Below, piece by piece: positions 29,166 to 43,359 of a stretch of DNA of 64,000 nucleotides. Source of the DNA: Eledone cirrhosa (Eukaryota); contig OZ024741.1 of the NCBI GenBank assembly GCA_964016885.1, positions 302,312,001 through 302,376,000 of the forward strand, in the 5' to 3' direction. The position numbers and the translations under genes were made by a program. Each line of letters begins with the position of its first letter. The first letter of the stretch is position 1. The notes below the pieces were generated by a model, which worked only from the letters and a program-made list of their open reading frames with translations, had not been told where the DNA came from and did not search any database.

Positions 29166-29193
29166 ATGTATATATATATATATATATATAATG

Positions 29194-29225
<32 letters not shown>

Positions 29226-29228
29226 ATG

Positions 29229-29260
<32 letters not shown>

Positions 29261-29763
29261 ATGTATATATATATGTATATATATATATAATGTATATATA
29301 TATATGTATATATATATATATAATGTGTATATATATATATATAATGTATATATATATGTATATAATATATATATAATGTATATATATATATATATATATA
29401 ATGTATATATATAATGTATATATATAATGTATATATATAATGTATATATATATGTATATATATATATATAATGTATATATATATATATAATGTATATATA
29501 TATGTATATATATATATATAATGTATATATATAATGTATATATGTATATATATATAATGTATATATATATATATATATAATGTATATGTATATATATATA
29601 TATATATATAATGTATATATATATATAATATATATATATAATGTATATATATATATAATGTATATATATATAATGTATATATATATATAATATATATATA
29701 TAATGTATATATATATATAATGTATATATATATAATGTATATATATATATATATATATATATA

Positions 29764-29808
<45 letters not shown>

Positions 29809-29848
29809 GTATATATATATATATATATAATGTATATATATATATATA

Positions 29849-29889
<41 letters not shown>

Positions 29890-30104
29890 GTATATATATA
29901 TAATGTATATATATATAATGTATATATATATAATGTATATATATATAATGTATATATATATAATGTATATATATATAATGTATATATATATATAATGTAT
30001 ATATATATAATGTATATATATATAATATATATATATATAATGTATATATGTATATATATATAATGTATATATATATATATATATAATGTATATATATATA
30101 TATA

Positions 30105-30145
<41 letters not shown>

Positions 30146-30201
30146 GTATATATATATATATAATGTATATATATAATGTATATATATATATATATATAGT
30201 G

Positions 30202-30278
<77 letters not shown>

Positions 30279-31084
30279 AGGGCGGTGCCCCAGCATGGCC
30301 TCAGTCGGATGGCTGAAACAGGTAAAAGAGTAAAAGAGTATATATAATGTGTATATATATATATATATATAATGTATATATATATATATATATATAATGT
30401 ATATATATATATATATATATAATGTATATATATATATGTATATATATATATATAATGTATATATATATGTATATATATATATATAATGTATATATATATA
30501 TGTATATATATATATATAATGTATATATATAATGTATATATATATGTATATATATATGTATATAATATATATATAATGTATATATATATGTATATAATAT
30601 ATATATAATGTATATATATATATATATATATAATGTATATATATGTATATATATAATGTATATATATATATATATATATAATGTATATATATAATGTATA
30701 TATATATGTATATATATAATGTATATATATATATAATGTATATATATAATGTATATATGTATATATATATAATGTATATATATATATATATATAATGTAT
30801 ATATATATAATGTATATATGTATATATATATAATGTATATATATATAATGTATATATGTATATATATATAATGTATATATATATATATATATATATATAA
30901 TGTATATATATATATATATATATAATGTATATATATATAATGTATATATATATATAATGTATATATATATAATGTATATATATATATATATATATATAAT
31001 GTATATATATATATAATGTATATATATATATAATGTATATATATATATATATATATATAATGTATATATATATATATATATATA

Positions 31085-31115
<31 letters not shown>

Positions 31116-31278
31116 ATGTATATATATATATATAATGTATATATATGTATATAATGTATATATAAATATATATATATATAATGTATATATATATATATAA
31201 TGTATATATATATATATATAATGTATATATATATATAATGTATATATATGTATATAATGTATATATATATATATAATG

Positions 31279-31312
<34 letters not shown>

Positions 31313-31345
31313 ATGTATATATATATATATATGTATATATATATG

Positions 31346-31411
<66 letters not shown>

Positions 31412-31526
31412 GTATATATATATATAATGTGTATATATATATATATATAATGTATATATATATATATATAATGTGTATATATATATATATATATAATGTG
31501 TATATGTATATATATATATATATATA

Positions 31527-31631
<105 letters not shown>

Positions 31632-31658
31632 GTGTATATATATATATATATATATATA

Positions 31659-31689
<31 letters not shown>

Positions 31690-31691
31690 AT

Positions 31692-31882
<191 letters not shown>

Positions 31883-31947
31883 GTATATATATATATATGT
31901 ATATATATATAATGTATATATATATATATGTATATATATATATAATG

Positions 31948-31989
<42 letters not shown>

Positions 31990-32012
31990 ATGTATATATA
32001 TATATATATATA

Positions 32013-32049
<37 letters not shown>

Positions 32050-32272
32050 GTATATATATAATGTATATATATATCTATATACATATAATATATATATATA
32101 TATGTATATATATAATGTATATATATATATATATACATATAATATATATATGTATATTTATATATAATGTATATATATATCTATATACATATAATATATA
32201 TATATATATGTATATATATAATGTATATATATATATATATACATATAATATATATATGTATATTTATATATA

Positions 32273-32303
<31 letters not shown>

Positions 32304-32370
32304 ATGTATATATATATATATATATAATGTATATATATATATAATGTATATATATATATATAATGTATAT

Positions 32371-33481
32371 GAGGGAAACACCGATAACAAGTGGGGTGCC
32401 CCAGGGGACAGTCCTGGGACCACTACTGTTTTTGGTGGCTCTCTCGGACATGCCCTCTGTGGTGCATGCAACAACATCCCTCACTAGCTATGCTGATGAC
32501 ACTAAGGTAGCACAGGCAATCAAAAACCCGGCTGACGCTGCCCTCTTACAGCAGGATCTGGATGCCATATACAGATGGGCGGAAGAAAACAACATGCAGT
32601 TTAATGCTGGCAACTTCCAAGCCCTACAATACAAACCTGCAAACACAAACACAAATATAGCGGAACACAGCTACACAGGACCAGGAGGGACCGATATCCC
32701 CGTGTCAAAATCGATACGAGACCTGGGCATAGACATGAGCGATGATGCATCTTTTTCTTCACACATCATGAAGGTGGCGACAACATGTAGACGATTCGCT
32801 GGCTGGATCTTGAGGACTTTCCTTACAAGAGATCGAGACACCATGTTGACACTGTGGAGGACTTTTGTCCTAAGCCACCTGGACTATTGCTCCCAGCTGT
32901 GGTCACCCCATAGTGTCAAACTAACCACGGAGCTTGAGGCAATCCAGCGAAGCTACACCAAGAGGATTGCCAAGATGAGGGAGACAAGCTACTGGGAGAG
33001 GCTGAAGGAACTGAACCTCTACTCCTTGGAGCGAAGACGGGAGAGATACGCAGTGATCTACATGTGGAAAATCCTGGAGTGACTAGCACCAAACTTTGGC
33101 ATTGGGAGCTGGACCAACCGTCGAACAGGACGTCACTGTGTGGTGCCAAAGGTCCCGTCTTCCACATCTAGAATAAGGAGCAGGTATTGCAATAGCCTGG
33201 GATTCAAGGGCCCTCAACTCTTCAACAGGCTGCCGAGGCATCTGCGAGACTTGCATGACGTGGAGGTGGATGTCTTTAAGAAACATCTCGACACCTTGTT
33301 ATCCAGGATCCCGGATGAGCCCACAGCAAGACACGAGGGAAACCTAAGGGCAGCAGCAACAAACTCCCTCCTACACCAGTGGCCAACCTATACAGGCTGG
33401 AGATAAAATGTGTAGCAACAAGGGCGGTGCCCCAGCATGGCCTCAGCCGGATGGCTGAAACAGGTAAAAGAGTAAAAGAGT
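32371..33481 (+). mobile_element. 5'-truncated CR1-clade LINE (RT C-terminal half + 3' UTR)
   Basis: SGVPQGTVLGPLLF, YADDTK, RDLG, LDYCSQLWSP, LYSLERRRER. One in-frame TGA at 33080-33082, then open to 33406. Tail (GTAAAAGA)n. Confidence 0.92.
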
Positions 33482-33664
33482 AATATATAATGTACATATA
33501 TATATAATGTATATATATATAATGTATATATATATAATATATATATATATAATTTATATATATATAATGTATATATATATAATGTATATATATATAATGT
33601 ATATATATATAATGTATATATATATAATGTATATATATATAATGTATATATATATAATGTATAT

Positions 33665-33853
33665 ATATATAATGTATATATATACATTATCTGTATATAT
33701 ATATATATATATAATGTATATATATACATTATCTGTATATATATATATATATAATGTATATATATACATTATCTGTATATATATATATATATATAATGTA
33801 TATATATACATTATCTGTATATATATATATATATAATGTATATATATACATTA

Positions 33854-33885
<32 letters not shown>

Positions 33886-34422
33886 ATGTATATATATACA
33901 TTATCTGTATATATATATTTATATATAATGTATATATATACATTATCTGTATATATATATATATATATAATGTATATATATACATTATCTGTATATATAT
34001 ATATATATATAATGTATATATATACATTATCTGTATATATATATATATATATAATGTATATATATACATTATCTGTATATATATATATATATATAATGTA
34101 TATATATACATTATCTGTATATATATATATATATATAATGTATATATATACATTATCTGTATATATATATATATATATATAATGTATATATATACATTAT
34201 CTGTATATATATATATATATATATAATGTATATATATACATTATCTGTATATATATACATTATCTGTATATATATATATATATATATATAATGTATATAT
34301 ATACATTATCTGTATATATATATATATATATATATAATGTATATCTATACATTATCTGTATATATATATATATATATAATGTATATATATACATTATCTG
34401 TATATATATATATATATATATA
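33665..34422. repeat. ~29-35-bp minisatellite with a palindromic core
   Basis: Unit ATAATGTATATATATACATTAT-CTG-(TA)n repeated >20 times. Confidence 0.92.
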
Positions 34423-34424
34423 TG

Positions 34425-34818
34425 TAGGAGGTGAGTTTTATTGTAGTACAATAAAGCAATGCAGATATCGGATAAGTAGCACTCTACAGTTTGTAGGACT
34501 GGAGTATAAATAATAATATATAAGATCAGAAGATGGTTAAAAGAGTTCCATGTATTTTATTATGCGCATTTCAAAAACAAATATCATCATGCAGTAACAT
34601 TTGCGTTTTCGTCAGATAAAATAGGGAGACATGATATGAAGGTTAAAACACACTTGTGAATAGTGCAGTTTTAAAACTGCACTATTCACAAGTGTGTTTT
34701 AACCTTCATATCGTGTCTCCATATTTTATCTGACGAAAACGCAAATGTTATTGCATGATGATATTTGTTTTTGAAATGCGCATAATAAATACATGGAACT
34801 CTTTTAACAATCTTTTGA
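34425..34818 (-). mobile_element. Spacer-less fold-back Penelope-like insertion (palindrome centre 34672/34673; tail 34425-34524)
   Basis: Arms ~34525-34672 / 34673-34818 with few mismatches and a hammerhead in each arm. Confidence 0.72.
34553..34623 (-). ncRNA. Type I hammerhead ribozyme (mirror copy 34725-34789, plus)
   Basis: tattttat CTGACGA aaacgcaaatgtta...gatatttgttttt GAAA tgcgca TA ataaaata. Palindromic stem III ATGCGCAT. Confidence 0.82.
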
Positions 34819-34859
<41 letters not shown>

Positions 34860-34909
34860 GTATATATATATACCTTATCTGTATATATATATATATACAC
34901 ACATTATGT

Positions 34910-35108
34910 ATGACGCCGACGACGGAGCTCAAGCCGTTTCGACGGCTATTTCTGGGCTAAATTGGAATTTAGTCCGGAAATAGCTGTCAAAATGGGTTGA
35001 GGTCTGCCATCGGGCTCATTCATTTTCCTATTACCAACTCTACTACCCTAAGTATTGAGTACTCTGGTGCGTTATGGTCCATTTGGTTCCTTACAACAAC
35101 TCCTTCGT
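34910..35108 (+). mobile_element. Short fold-back (34910-35019) + tail, retaining only the 3' half of a hammerhead
   Basis: Hairpin centred at 34964-34965. The minus strand of the left arm reads GAAAC-gg-cttgagct-cc-GTC. Bulged-hairpin motif at 35037-35060. Confidence 0.55.
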
Positions 35109-35458
35109 TATATATATATATGGTTAGCTGAATATGAAATTCTGTATTATAATCAATAGAGCTCTAAGACAATACTGGACTCATGTACAAGATCTGATCA
35201 TGGAGAAATTCTATCCTTGTCAATAATGCGAATGGAAGTTGTAGATCTTTGAAAGTGCAAATAATACCTCATCTTCAAACATGTGTGTGTGTTTGGCAAA
35301 TAACTACATGATTACCTACCACTCCTTTTTTCTCTCTCTCGATACGTATATACTCTCTCTCTCTCTCTACACACACACATTTTTAATATGATGTATTATT
35401 TGAACACTTTATATGTATAATGTTTGTGTGTGTGTATTGTAGTAGCAAGGGCCGTGTG

Positions 35459-35505
<47 letters not shown>

Positions 35506-35566
35506 ATGCTAAAACGCTTCTCAGCACACCAACAAATAGATAAAATGATGATGATATATATATCCT

Positions 35567-35850
35567 TGTATATAAAATATAGGTGAAGATAGGAAAATGA
35601 ACGAATGCAGACATTGGTCCCATCTTGTCAGTTGGTCGCTAAAGATACGTTGTTTTAGTATAATAAATGTGAAGACTAAAATTTGAAGAGGGCTCGATAA
35701 GGATAATATATATATAAAACCGTAAAGCAATTATTTGTTAATAAATATATATTATACTAAAACAACATATCTCTAGCAACTAACTGACGAGATGGGATGA
35801 ATGTCTGCATTCCTTCATTTTCCTATCTTCACCTATATTTTATATATATA
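35567..35850. repeat. Inverted repeat (~35567-35665 / 35750-35850), probably a Penelope-like remnant
   Basis: ~95-bp diverged inverted arms. A CTGACGA is present but no GAAA completes a hammerhead. A bulged-hairpin-like motif lies in the spacer (35692-35728, minus). Confidence 0.6.
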
Positions 35851-36076
35851 TATATATATATCATCATCATCCTCATCGTTTAACGTCTATCTTCCACACT
35901 ATACACACACACATATGTGTGTGTAAAGTATATATAAACCCATAGAGCAAATATTAAAGATCCTGTTTTAGAGTGACAGCATAAATTGTTTGCTTATACT
36001 TTTAATCTGTGCTAATAATAAAAAATCAATATATACAATATATGTATGTGCATGTGAATATGTTTGTATACGTATA

Positions 36077-36129
<53 letters not shown>

Positions 36130-36149
36130 CTGTGTATGTATATATTCTA

Positions 36150-38290
36150 TTCTAAGGCTTCATTTGGTCAGGGCTGACCATGAGTGGTATCCCCGTTGCT
36201 GTCTGCTTGGCTGGCGCAGCATCCCGTGTGGCTAAACAGACCTATGTACGAGTGACACTCTCTGTCACATAGGTCACATCTATGTATGTTCTCTTGTCTG
36301 TTGGAGTTACTGTTCTCTTGTCTGTTGGAGTTACTGTTCTCTTTTCACCGGGCTCACTTGTCTGCTGCTGTGATCATCAACTTCTCCTGTGAGGCCCTCC
36401 CAGGAGTTTGTGTTGATGTCAAGGGCCTTTAGGTTTCTCTTTACAATGTCCTTGTATCGCAGCCAAGGTCAACTGGTGGCACCCACTTTCCAGATGCCAA
36501 CTCTCCTTGGAGGACGTTTTTTTGGCATGCGGCCATCCTTCATGAGGTGGATGGTCCATCGTATCTGGAGTTCCTGATGGAAGTGTGTCACACGGCATGT
36601 CTCTGATGAGGGTCAAGCGCACTTCTGTCTTCACTGTGAAGTGGGTGAAGTTGAACAACCTGCCACCCAGTCTGGTATGTAAGATGTCCTCCATTGCAGT
36701 ACCGAAAGAGCAAAGAAAATCCTAAAGAGTGTGGGCACAAGAATGCAGCCTTGTTTAATGCCACTACAAATGCTGTATCGCTGTCTATGGCCTTGCCTGA
36801 AGCCAAGCTGTCAATGGACTTACTGAACTCAGCATCAAGCTCCTCCATAATGGGAAGGCACTTGATGGCATCAAGAGCTGAGTGGGACATAGTGTTCTGT
36901 CTAGAGTAGAAGTCAGAGAAGTGTTCCATCCATCTCTCCATCTGCCGGCCTCTGTCAGTGATTATTTTCTCCAGTGCAGGTTTTCAGGGGAGCTGTCTTG
37001 CTCTGGACTGGTCTTAGTGCTTTCTTGATTCCACTGTACATGCCTCTGATGTTCCCTGTTATGGCAGCTGTCTGGATGTCCTCATTGTGCTGTGTCCAAT
37101 TCTCATTGATGTAGTGCCTAGCAGTTTGTTGAATCCTACTTCTGGTAGCTCTGAAAATCTTGTACTCAATTAGGGCAGCACGCTTGGCCTCAAACCAGTC
37201 ATGTGACTTTGATATTCTCTTTCCAAAGGTAGCCAAGGATGTGCTGTGCAAGATATTTCACAGCATTTCCCACTTCTCTGTGGAAGTCCTGAGGTTGCTA
37301 GGTGTGAAGTTCTTTCTCGAAAGCCTCTGTGTATTGCCCTATAAGGTCTGGTTGGGACATCTTGCTGACGTCGACTTGGAATCTCCTCGGTTGTAACCTG
37401 ATATTGCTACACACTAATGAGTGATCTGTGTCGCAGTCCACACTGTGGTAAGAGCGTGTGGGGAGAACGTTCCTCATGGTGGTACGTCTGATCAGGATGC
37501 GATCCAGTTGATGCCAATGCTTTGAGAGCAGATGTCTTCAGGAAACACTGTGTTGCGGCTTGGTGTGGCAATAGGAGTTGGTGATGCACAGGTAGTGATG
37601 GGTGACCAACTCGAAAAGGTGCTGTCCATTGTCATTCATTTTTCCCACACCAAACTGTCCAAAGCAGGAGGGCCACAGTCATAATTTGCACCCACCCTGG
37701 CATTGAAATCTCCTAGGACAACAAGTTGTTCCTTGCTGGGGATGTTGCTGATGGTGGATGTAAGGTTGATGTAGAACTTGTCTGATGTGGAGGACAGTGT
37801 CTGTGCATGCACGCTGATAAGGGGCCTGCAGTGGTATTGAGACAGAGAGCTAGGAGTCGCTCTGAGCTGTTGTTGCCCAGTTCTACCATACTCAGCAGGC
37901 TGCTCCTCACTGCAAAACCTACTCCGTGCTCTCTGGGCTCGTCCGAGTCCCTCCCCTACCAATAAAACGTGTGGTCCTTTTCCTTCAGTGTACCTAAGGC
38001 CACCAGCTGTTTCCTGAAGGGTGGAAATGTTCACATTCAATCTCTTCAGTTCAATGTTAATTACAGCTGTTTTTCTGGAGTTTCTGATGTCCAATATGTT
38101 GTTGGAAAGGCCAGTCATCATTGTCCAGGCATACCCAGAACTGGGTAATGCCGTAAAACAGCAGAGGTTTAGAGTCAGAGTTTTCCTTCTCCTAGGTAGA
38201 CTGCCTGCCAAGGCTAACAACCTCCACCTGGCCCCATGCAGCTGGTGGTACTGGGTTACATGGTACCAGTAGCCAGAAAACATAGGAAAA
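36150..38290 (-). mobile_element. Decayed RTE-BovB-like LINE (APE endonuclease + internally deleted RT)
   Basis: NSRKTAVINIELKRLNVNISTLQET, LVVLGDFNARVG, HDWFE, ITGNIRGMYSGIKKAL, MERWMEHFSDFYSRQN. Many frameshifts. Confidence 0.88.
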
Positions 38291-38759
38291 CCAGAAAAAC
38301 TTGACCTGACTGTAACATAGATATGTACAAGCTAATGGATGGCTGTTGACTCATATGAGTTCCTTCACCCTTTGATGGGTTTTGTTTCTTGTCTTGCAAG
38401 ATGTCTATTAATGGAAAAGCAGATGTAAAAATGATGATGATGATGTGTATATATATATATGTATCTGTTTAATCTTATTTGAGGACATAAAGAAATGTTA
38501 ATGACAGAACAGTTTTTATTCATATTTGAAATTGAGAGATGTTGTATTTTGATTGTTTACTAGAAGTGCCTGAAAAAATGTCTTTTTTGATGATGGCTGT
38601 GTTTATTCTGAACGATAGCAATCTGCTGCGAGAAGTTTGAATATGGGTTCTAATTCTTATTTCTGTTAAGAAAATTATGTATTACAAACATTTTAAAGAG
38701 ATGGGTGACTGCATTTGAGTTTCTATGTATTGCTTGACTGTCTATAAATAGCAACCAAA

Positions 38760-39362
38760 CCTCTTTCACATCATAGGTTCTACTTTTTCGCCCACTGTTG
38801 CTGGGAGGGTCTTTGGGGGCAGAGTTCTTAAGCACGCCCTCCAGCAGTGCCTCTCAGAAACAATTGTCTCCAATTGTATCCCCAAATGAAACCAGTTGAG
38901 TTCATGGATATTATCCAACCATTTTGCACAGGCTCTACCACAGGGTCTCCTACTGATTAGTTCTGTCTAGTGATTCTTTCCTTAGACATTCTGACCATAT
39001 GTCTGTAATATTAGAGCTGTGAACTCTCAATTTGGAGAAGTAGCAACTCTCTGATCTCCAAGCTATATACTTTATTGAGCAGTGTTGCTCCAAAGACCTT
39101 TCAGAGGAATCCTATTTTAGCTGCTGTTATTCGTGGTCATATTCTTTCAGTCATTACCCAAGATTCATGACCATAGGTAAGGCTTGGCATGAATACCAAA
39201 TTAAAGATAGTGAGTTTGACTTTTTCAACTACTTCCCTTCTGATTATCAAATGCTGAAACTGCTGCATTACTGCATCAGCTCTTGCAATTCTTGCACTTA
39301 ATTCAGCCTCTTGCTTTCCATCACTTGTGAAAACTACCCTGAGATATTTGAATTTACACATC
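38760..39362 (-). mobile_element. Old RTE fragment of Rex3/Expander type
   Basis: KFKYLRVVFTSDGKQEAELSARIARADAVM...KVKLTIFNLVFMPSLTYGHESWVMTERI. Confidence 0.75.
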
Positions 39363-41125
39363 CTACTGTCAATAAAAAAAAAAGGGAGACATATTGAATA
39401 ATGTATTTTTAGATATTGCCTTGTTTTAAACCACAATATAAGCCAACAAGGAGACTCTATAGTCACTTAATTTGTTACAAATAGTTGATAGATTGCTTGA
39501 TTAGGATTGACACGAGGCTATATAAGAACAAGTTTGAAGAGGTTGAATTTCATTTAGATAAAACTCTTTGATCTGCAGATCCTTCTAAACCTCCAGAAAA
39601 GCATCTTGTGTCTCCTTTTGCTATTGGGGACACAAGCTAAAAATTCAAAGTAGACAATTCTAGCTACTGACAATTATCAACTTTTTTCAGTCTGTATTAT
39701 TGAGTTGTAATCTTGTGTGAAGCAGTTGCCTCAATACAATCTTAGTCTCATATCTTGTAGTATAGTCTATTTAGTTATGTCAGGATAAATGATAAATATA
39801 AAGTTAACAGTTTTTGTGTGTTCTTTTGAAGGGCTAAAATAACCCTTCCATGCTGCAATTGCTATCGTTTCAACTGTCTCAGATCAAGTCACTTCTCAGA
39901 TAAATGCAACCCTGAAATCTGAGAACTTTTCTCCAGTTAAGTAAAACATTCTTGGTATCAGAGCTACATCTCTGATGCTTGTGATTGTTTGTCTAAGCAC
40001 AGTGTTAAATCTGAGCCTTTCTGAATCTCTTCATCTGAGAACTTAGGCCATCAACATGAGTTTAGTAATGGTTGAATGAATGATTGAACAATATTTCATC
40101 ATCTCCATCTAGTCCTGTGAAATTACATTTCACACCAGCCAACAATGGTCTTGAATACATGTGGTATGCACTGTTTTCATCTTTTGACTACTAGACAGAA
40201 TCTTCTGCAGAACGACTATGTCAGAAAGATAGTTCAGGTAAGAGTTACTTTTTTAGTCACTGGAATTCATTCTTGGATAATTTAGCTACTACATTGGCTA
40301 GTGTCCAGAATGTATTGCATGCCAGGTAGGGGTCACATCATCATCATCATCATCATTTTACATCAGCTTTTCCATGCATATATGGGTTGGATGGGTTGTT
40401 ATGGTTCAAACCAGTTCTTACTCAAAATTACTACCCTCCAAGACAAGACAGGAACCACTTATCGTTTGCATATTACCTTGTTCGGTAAGGTCTTTCTCAC
40501 TGGATGCCTTTTCTATCATCAACCACATTACTTGTTGCAATTTATGATATCAACATTAGCTAGGTTATCTTGTAGCTGGCAATTTTAAGGAGTTCTCTCT
40601 CCCGTTCCATTATCTTCATTCATTCACTGGCAACAGTGAAGTTATCTCAATCCTGACAAAATAAAGAGGGTCTGTTTGTTTATTTGTTCCTTTCCCATGC
40701 TACTGTGAGTTTGATAGAAGTAAAAGAAGAGAGAGAGAAAGAGTTATAAGAAACTATATTAGGGTTCTTAGTAAGGGTAACAGAAGGGAGAGAGAGAGAA
40801 TTATAGGAAGCTATATAATGGTTCTTGGTAGGGGTGACAGAAGGGAGAGAGAGAGTTGTATTAGAAGAGAACCAGAACATAAGTGTAATGAAAAAGAGAG
40901 GGGAGACAGTTACATAAGGATTGTTGGTAAAGAGGTTGAATAGAAGGAGTATGAGAGAGGTTGATTTTAGTGTAAATATTAAACATCAAACATTCCAAAA
41001 TGTTATGGTTTGAAATTCCTGTGAATTTCGCTTTTGTACTATTGAAGATAATCTAAATAAAAATTGTTAAATTTTGTTGTTAATCTCATGCTACTGGACC
41101 AATGTTGTGGTTTCCTAATGAAAGA

Positions 41126-41172
<47 letters not shown>

Positions 41173-41736
41173 CATATATACCATCATCATCATCATTTAA
41201 TGTCAATTTTCCACGCTAGTGTGGGTTAGACAAGAAAGGTCGGATGACCGTGTCTTGCTCATACAGAACTGATTTGGGCTTGGTTTCTATGGTTGGATGC
41301 CCTTCCTAATGCCAACCACATTTACAGTGTGGACTGGGTGCTTTTTGTTGTGACACCCACATGACCACTTTACTGTATGGGCTGGACGCTTTTTGTGGCG
41401 CCAAAACAACCACTTTACAGTGTGGGCTAGGGATTTGGTGTGTGTGTGGGGGGGTAATTCTAGGGGCATGGGTGATGGGTGGAGTGTTAGGACGTGGGAG
41501 GGATTATGGAGGGGAAGGTAGCGCGTTCTAGATGTATGCCTCAACCAGTGCACATATATATTTATTACACACTCACACACAGTGATATAGCTGAGCTTTC
41601 AGTATGTGTGCATGCATGTGTTTGTATCTGTTTATGTGTGAATATTACATGCATGTATGTGTGAGATCGACTACGTCTGTATGATGTTTGTTTACATTTA
41701 AAGCTGTGATTCAGCTACTTAATTTAAGTTGTCACA

Positions 41737-41945
41737 GTCCCTTAGCTTAATGGTTCAAAGCGCCTAGCTGGTATCTGGGAGAAATGAGGTTCAATTCCTT
41801 GTAGTGGCCAATGGCAACTTCTTTTTCTATCTCTAGGGGTCTTCAACTTATTTTATAGCATCCTGTACATGGGCACACCACTCTTTATATTAACTGTATC
41901 CCCTCAGCACTTCATAAAAGTCTGAGAGGTTGGGTCATGTATATA
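41737..41945 (+). mobile_element. tRNA-derived SINE / tRNA pseudogene head plus body
   Basis: TAGCTTAATGGTTCAAAGC (A box), anticodon-like arm CCTAG-CTGGTAT-CTGGG, GGTTCAATTCC (B box). The acceptor stem does not pair. Confidence 0.5.
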
Positions 41946-41961
41946 CGATATACACATACAT

Positions 41962-41995
<34 letters not shown>

Positions 41996-43359
41996 ATGTG
42001 TGTGTGTGTACTTTGAGTTCTTATAGATGGTGCACCCAATTACTGTTCTATTTTTATATCAGCAACCCTCTGCTTTCATTCTCTACAATTTTGTTCTTAC
42101 AATTCTAACTATTTCTCACAATTCCAATTCCCATGCTACTAATTTCTGACTTTTTTTCTATGAACTTATATTAATTTATCATTTTAAACTTTCATAGCAG
42201 CTCATTCCTTTTCCATCTTCACCCTGTCATATTTGTGTGTGAGGCTGGGCCCGAGTTATTGTGTATGTATATCTTTTTGTTCCAAACCTCGTAACCTCTT
42301 CACTTAGCCTTCTTTCTTATCCCCTACTTCATCCAACTGACCTGTATTTTGCTTGAACTTTGACCACCCCTCCCCTATAATTTACTTCCTCTCACGTCTC
42401 AACTCCCACTGCTTCCTGATTTTTCCTCTCCTTTCTCTTTTCTTTGTGGACCTAGTAATAGCACCTCCAAAGAAGGACAATTGTTCAAATGGTTACACTT
42501 CTCTTCTTTCTCATGACATAAAACATATTTCACTGTCAATCATACAAAGTGAAGTAATTCATCAAAGCGTTTCCCACAAATGTCTATTTACAACAATTGT
42601 GTTTTATATTAAATGGTCTATTGGATTTTCTTCTGATCCCTTTCTATATTTATTTTTCTGCTCTTTTAATAGTAGAGCAGACACATCATCATCATCATCA
42701 TATGTCCATTTTCCTGCTAGCAAGGGTTGGACGAGTTGTCACTGGCCAAGTCAATAATTAATTTGAGTGATTGACCTGAGGCAGGCCAGGGGATGCATCT
42801 TACTTACATACATTCACACACTCTATAGGGTGCACCAAGTGCATTTTATCATGGCACCAGCACCAGGGAGGTTGTAATGTCTTTGCCACAAATGAAGAGT
42901 TCTAATCGTTTGTTTGGCAAGTTTTCTACAGCTAGGTGTTGTACACCAACCACATAACTGAGTGTACAAGGTGCATTTTATTTACCACCAACACTAGAGG
43001 TTGTTATCCTTTCAACTCTTTGTTTGGCAACTTTTTTACAGCTGGATGCTATTTCTGTCACCAGCCACTTTACACTGTGTATACCTATAAGAACAAATTA
43101 ACTAGCTATTCAATTCTTATTCTGCTCAACATCAAACTGCTATCATCAAACAATGTTGAATAACAATCCATTCATAATATACTACTTGCTGTGAATTTCT
43201 ATTGAAAACAAATGTCAGTTTTCAGTTATGCCTAAGTTTCTTGTTCTTACTCATATTTCTATTATTTTCCTACTGGCAGTTAGGTGAGTGTATCCAGTTA
43301 CATTTTGTAACATTTGATAACATTGCTATCTCTACTATATTTTCTGGATTCTCTTAATT

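Noticed and set aside
35784-35830. CTGACGA as a hammerhead core
   Set aside because: No GAAA/stem III follows the putative stem II.
40195-40237. Possible 43-nt exon (CTAG|ACAGAATC...TTCAG|GTAAGA)
   Set aside because: Good splice signals, but no recognisable KDM4 similarity. Such pairs occur by chance; RNA-seq is needed.
41737-41810. Functional tRNA-Thr(GGT)
   Set aside because: The acceptor stem does not pair and a SINE-like body follows.
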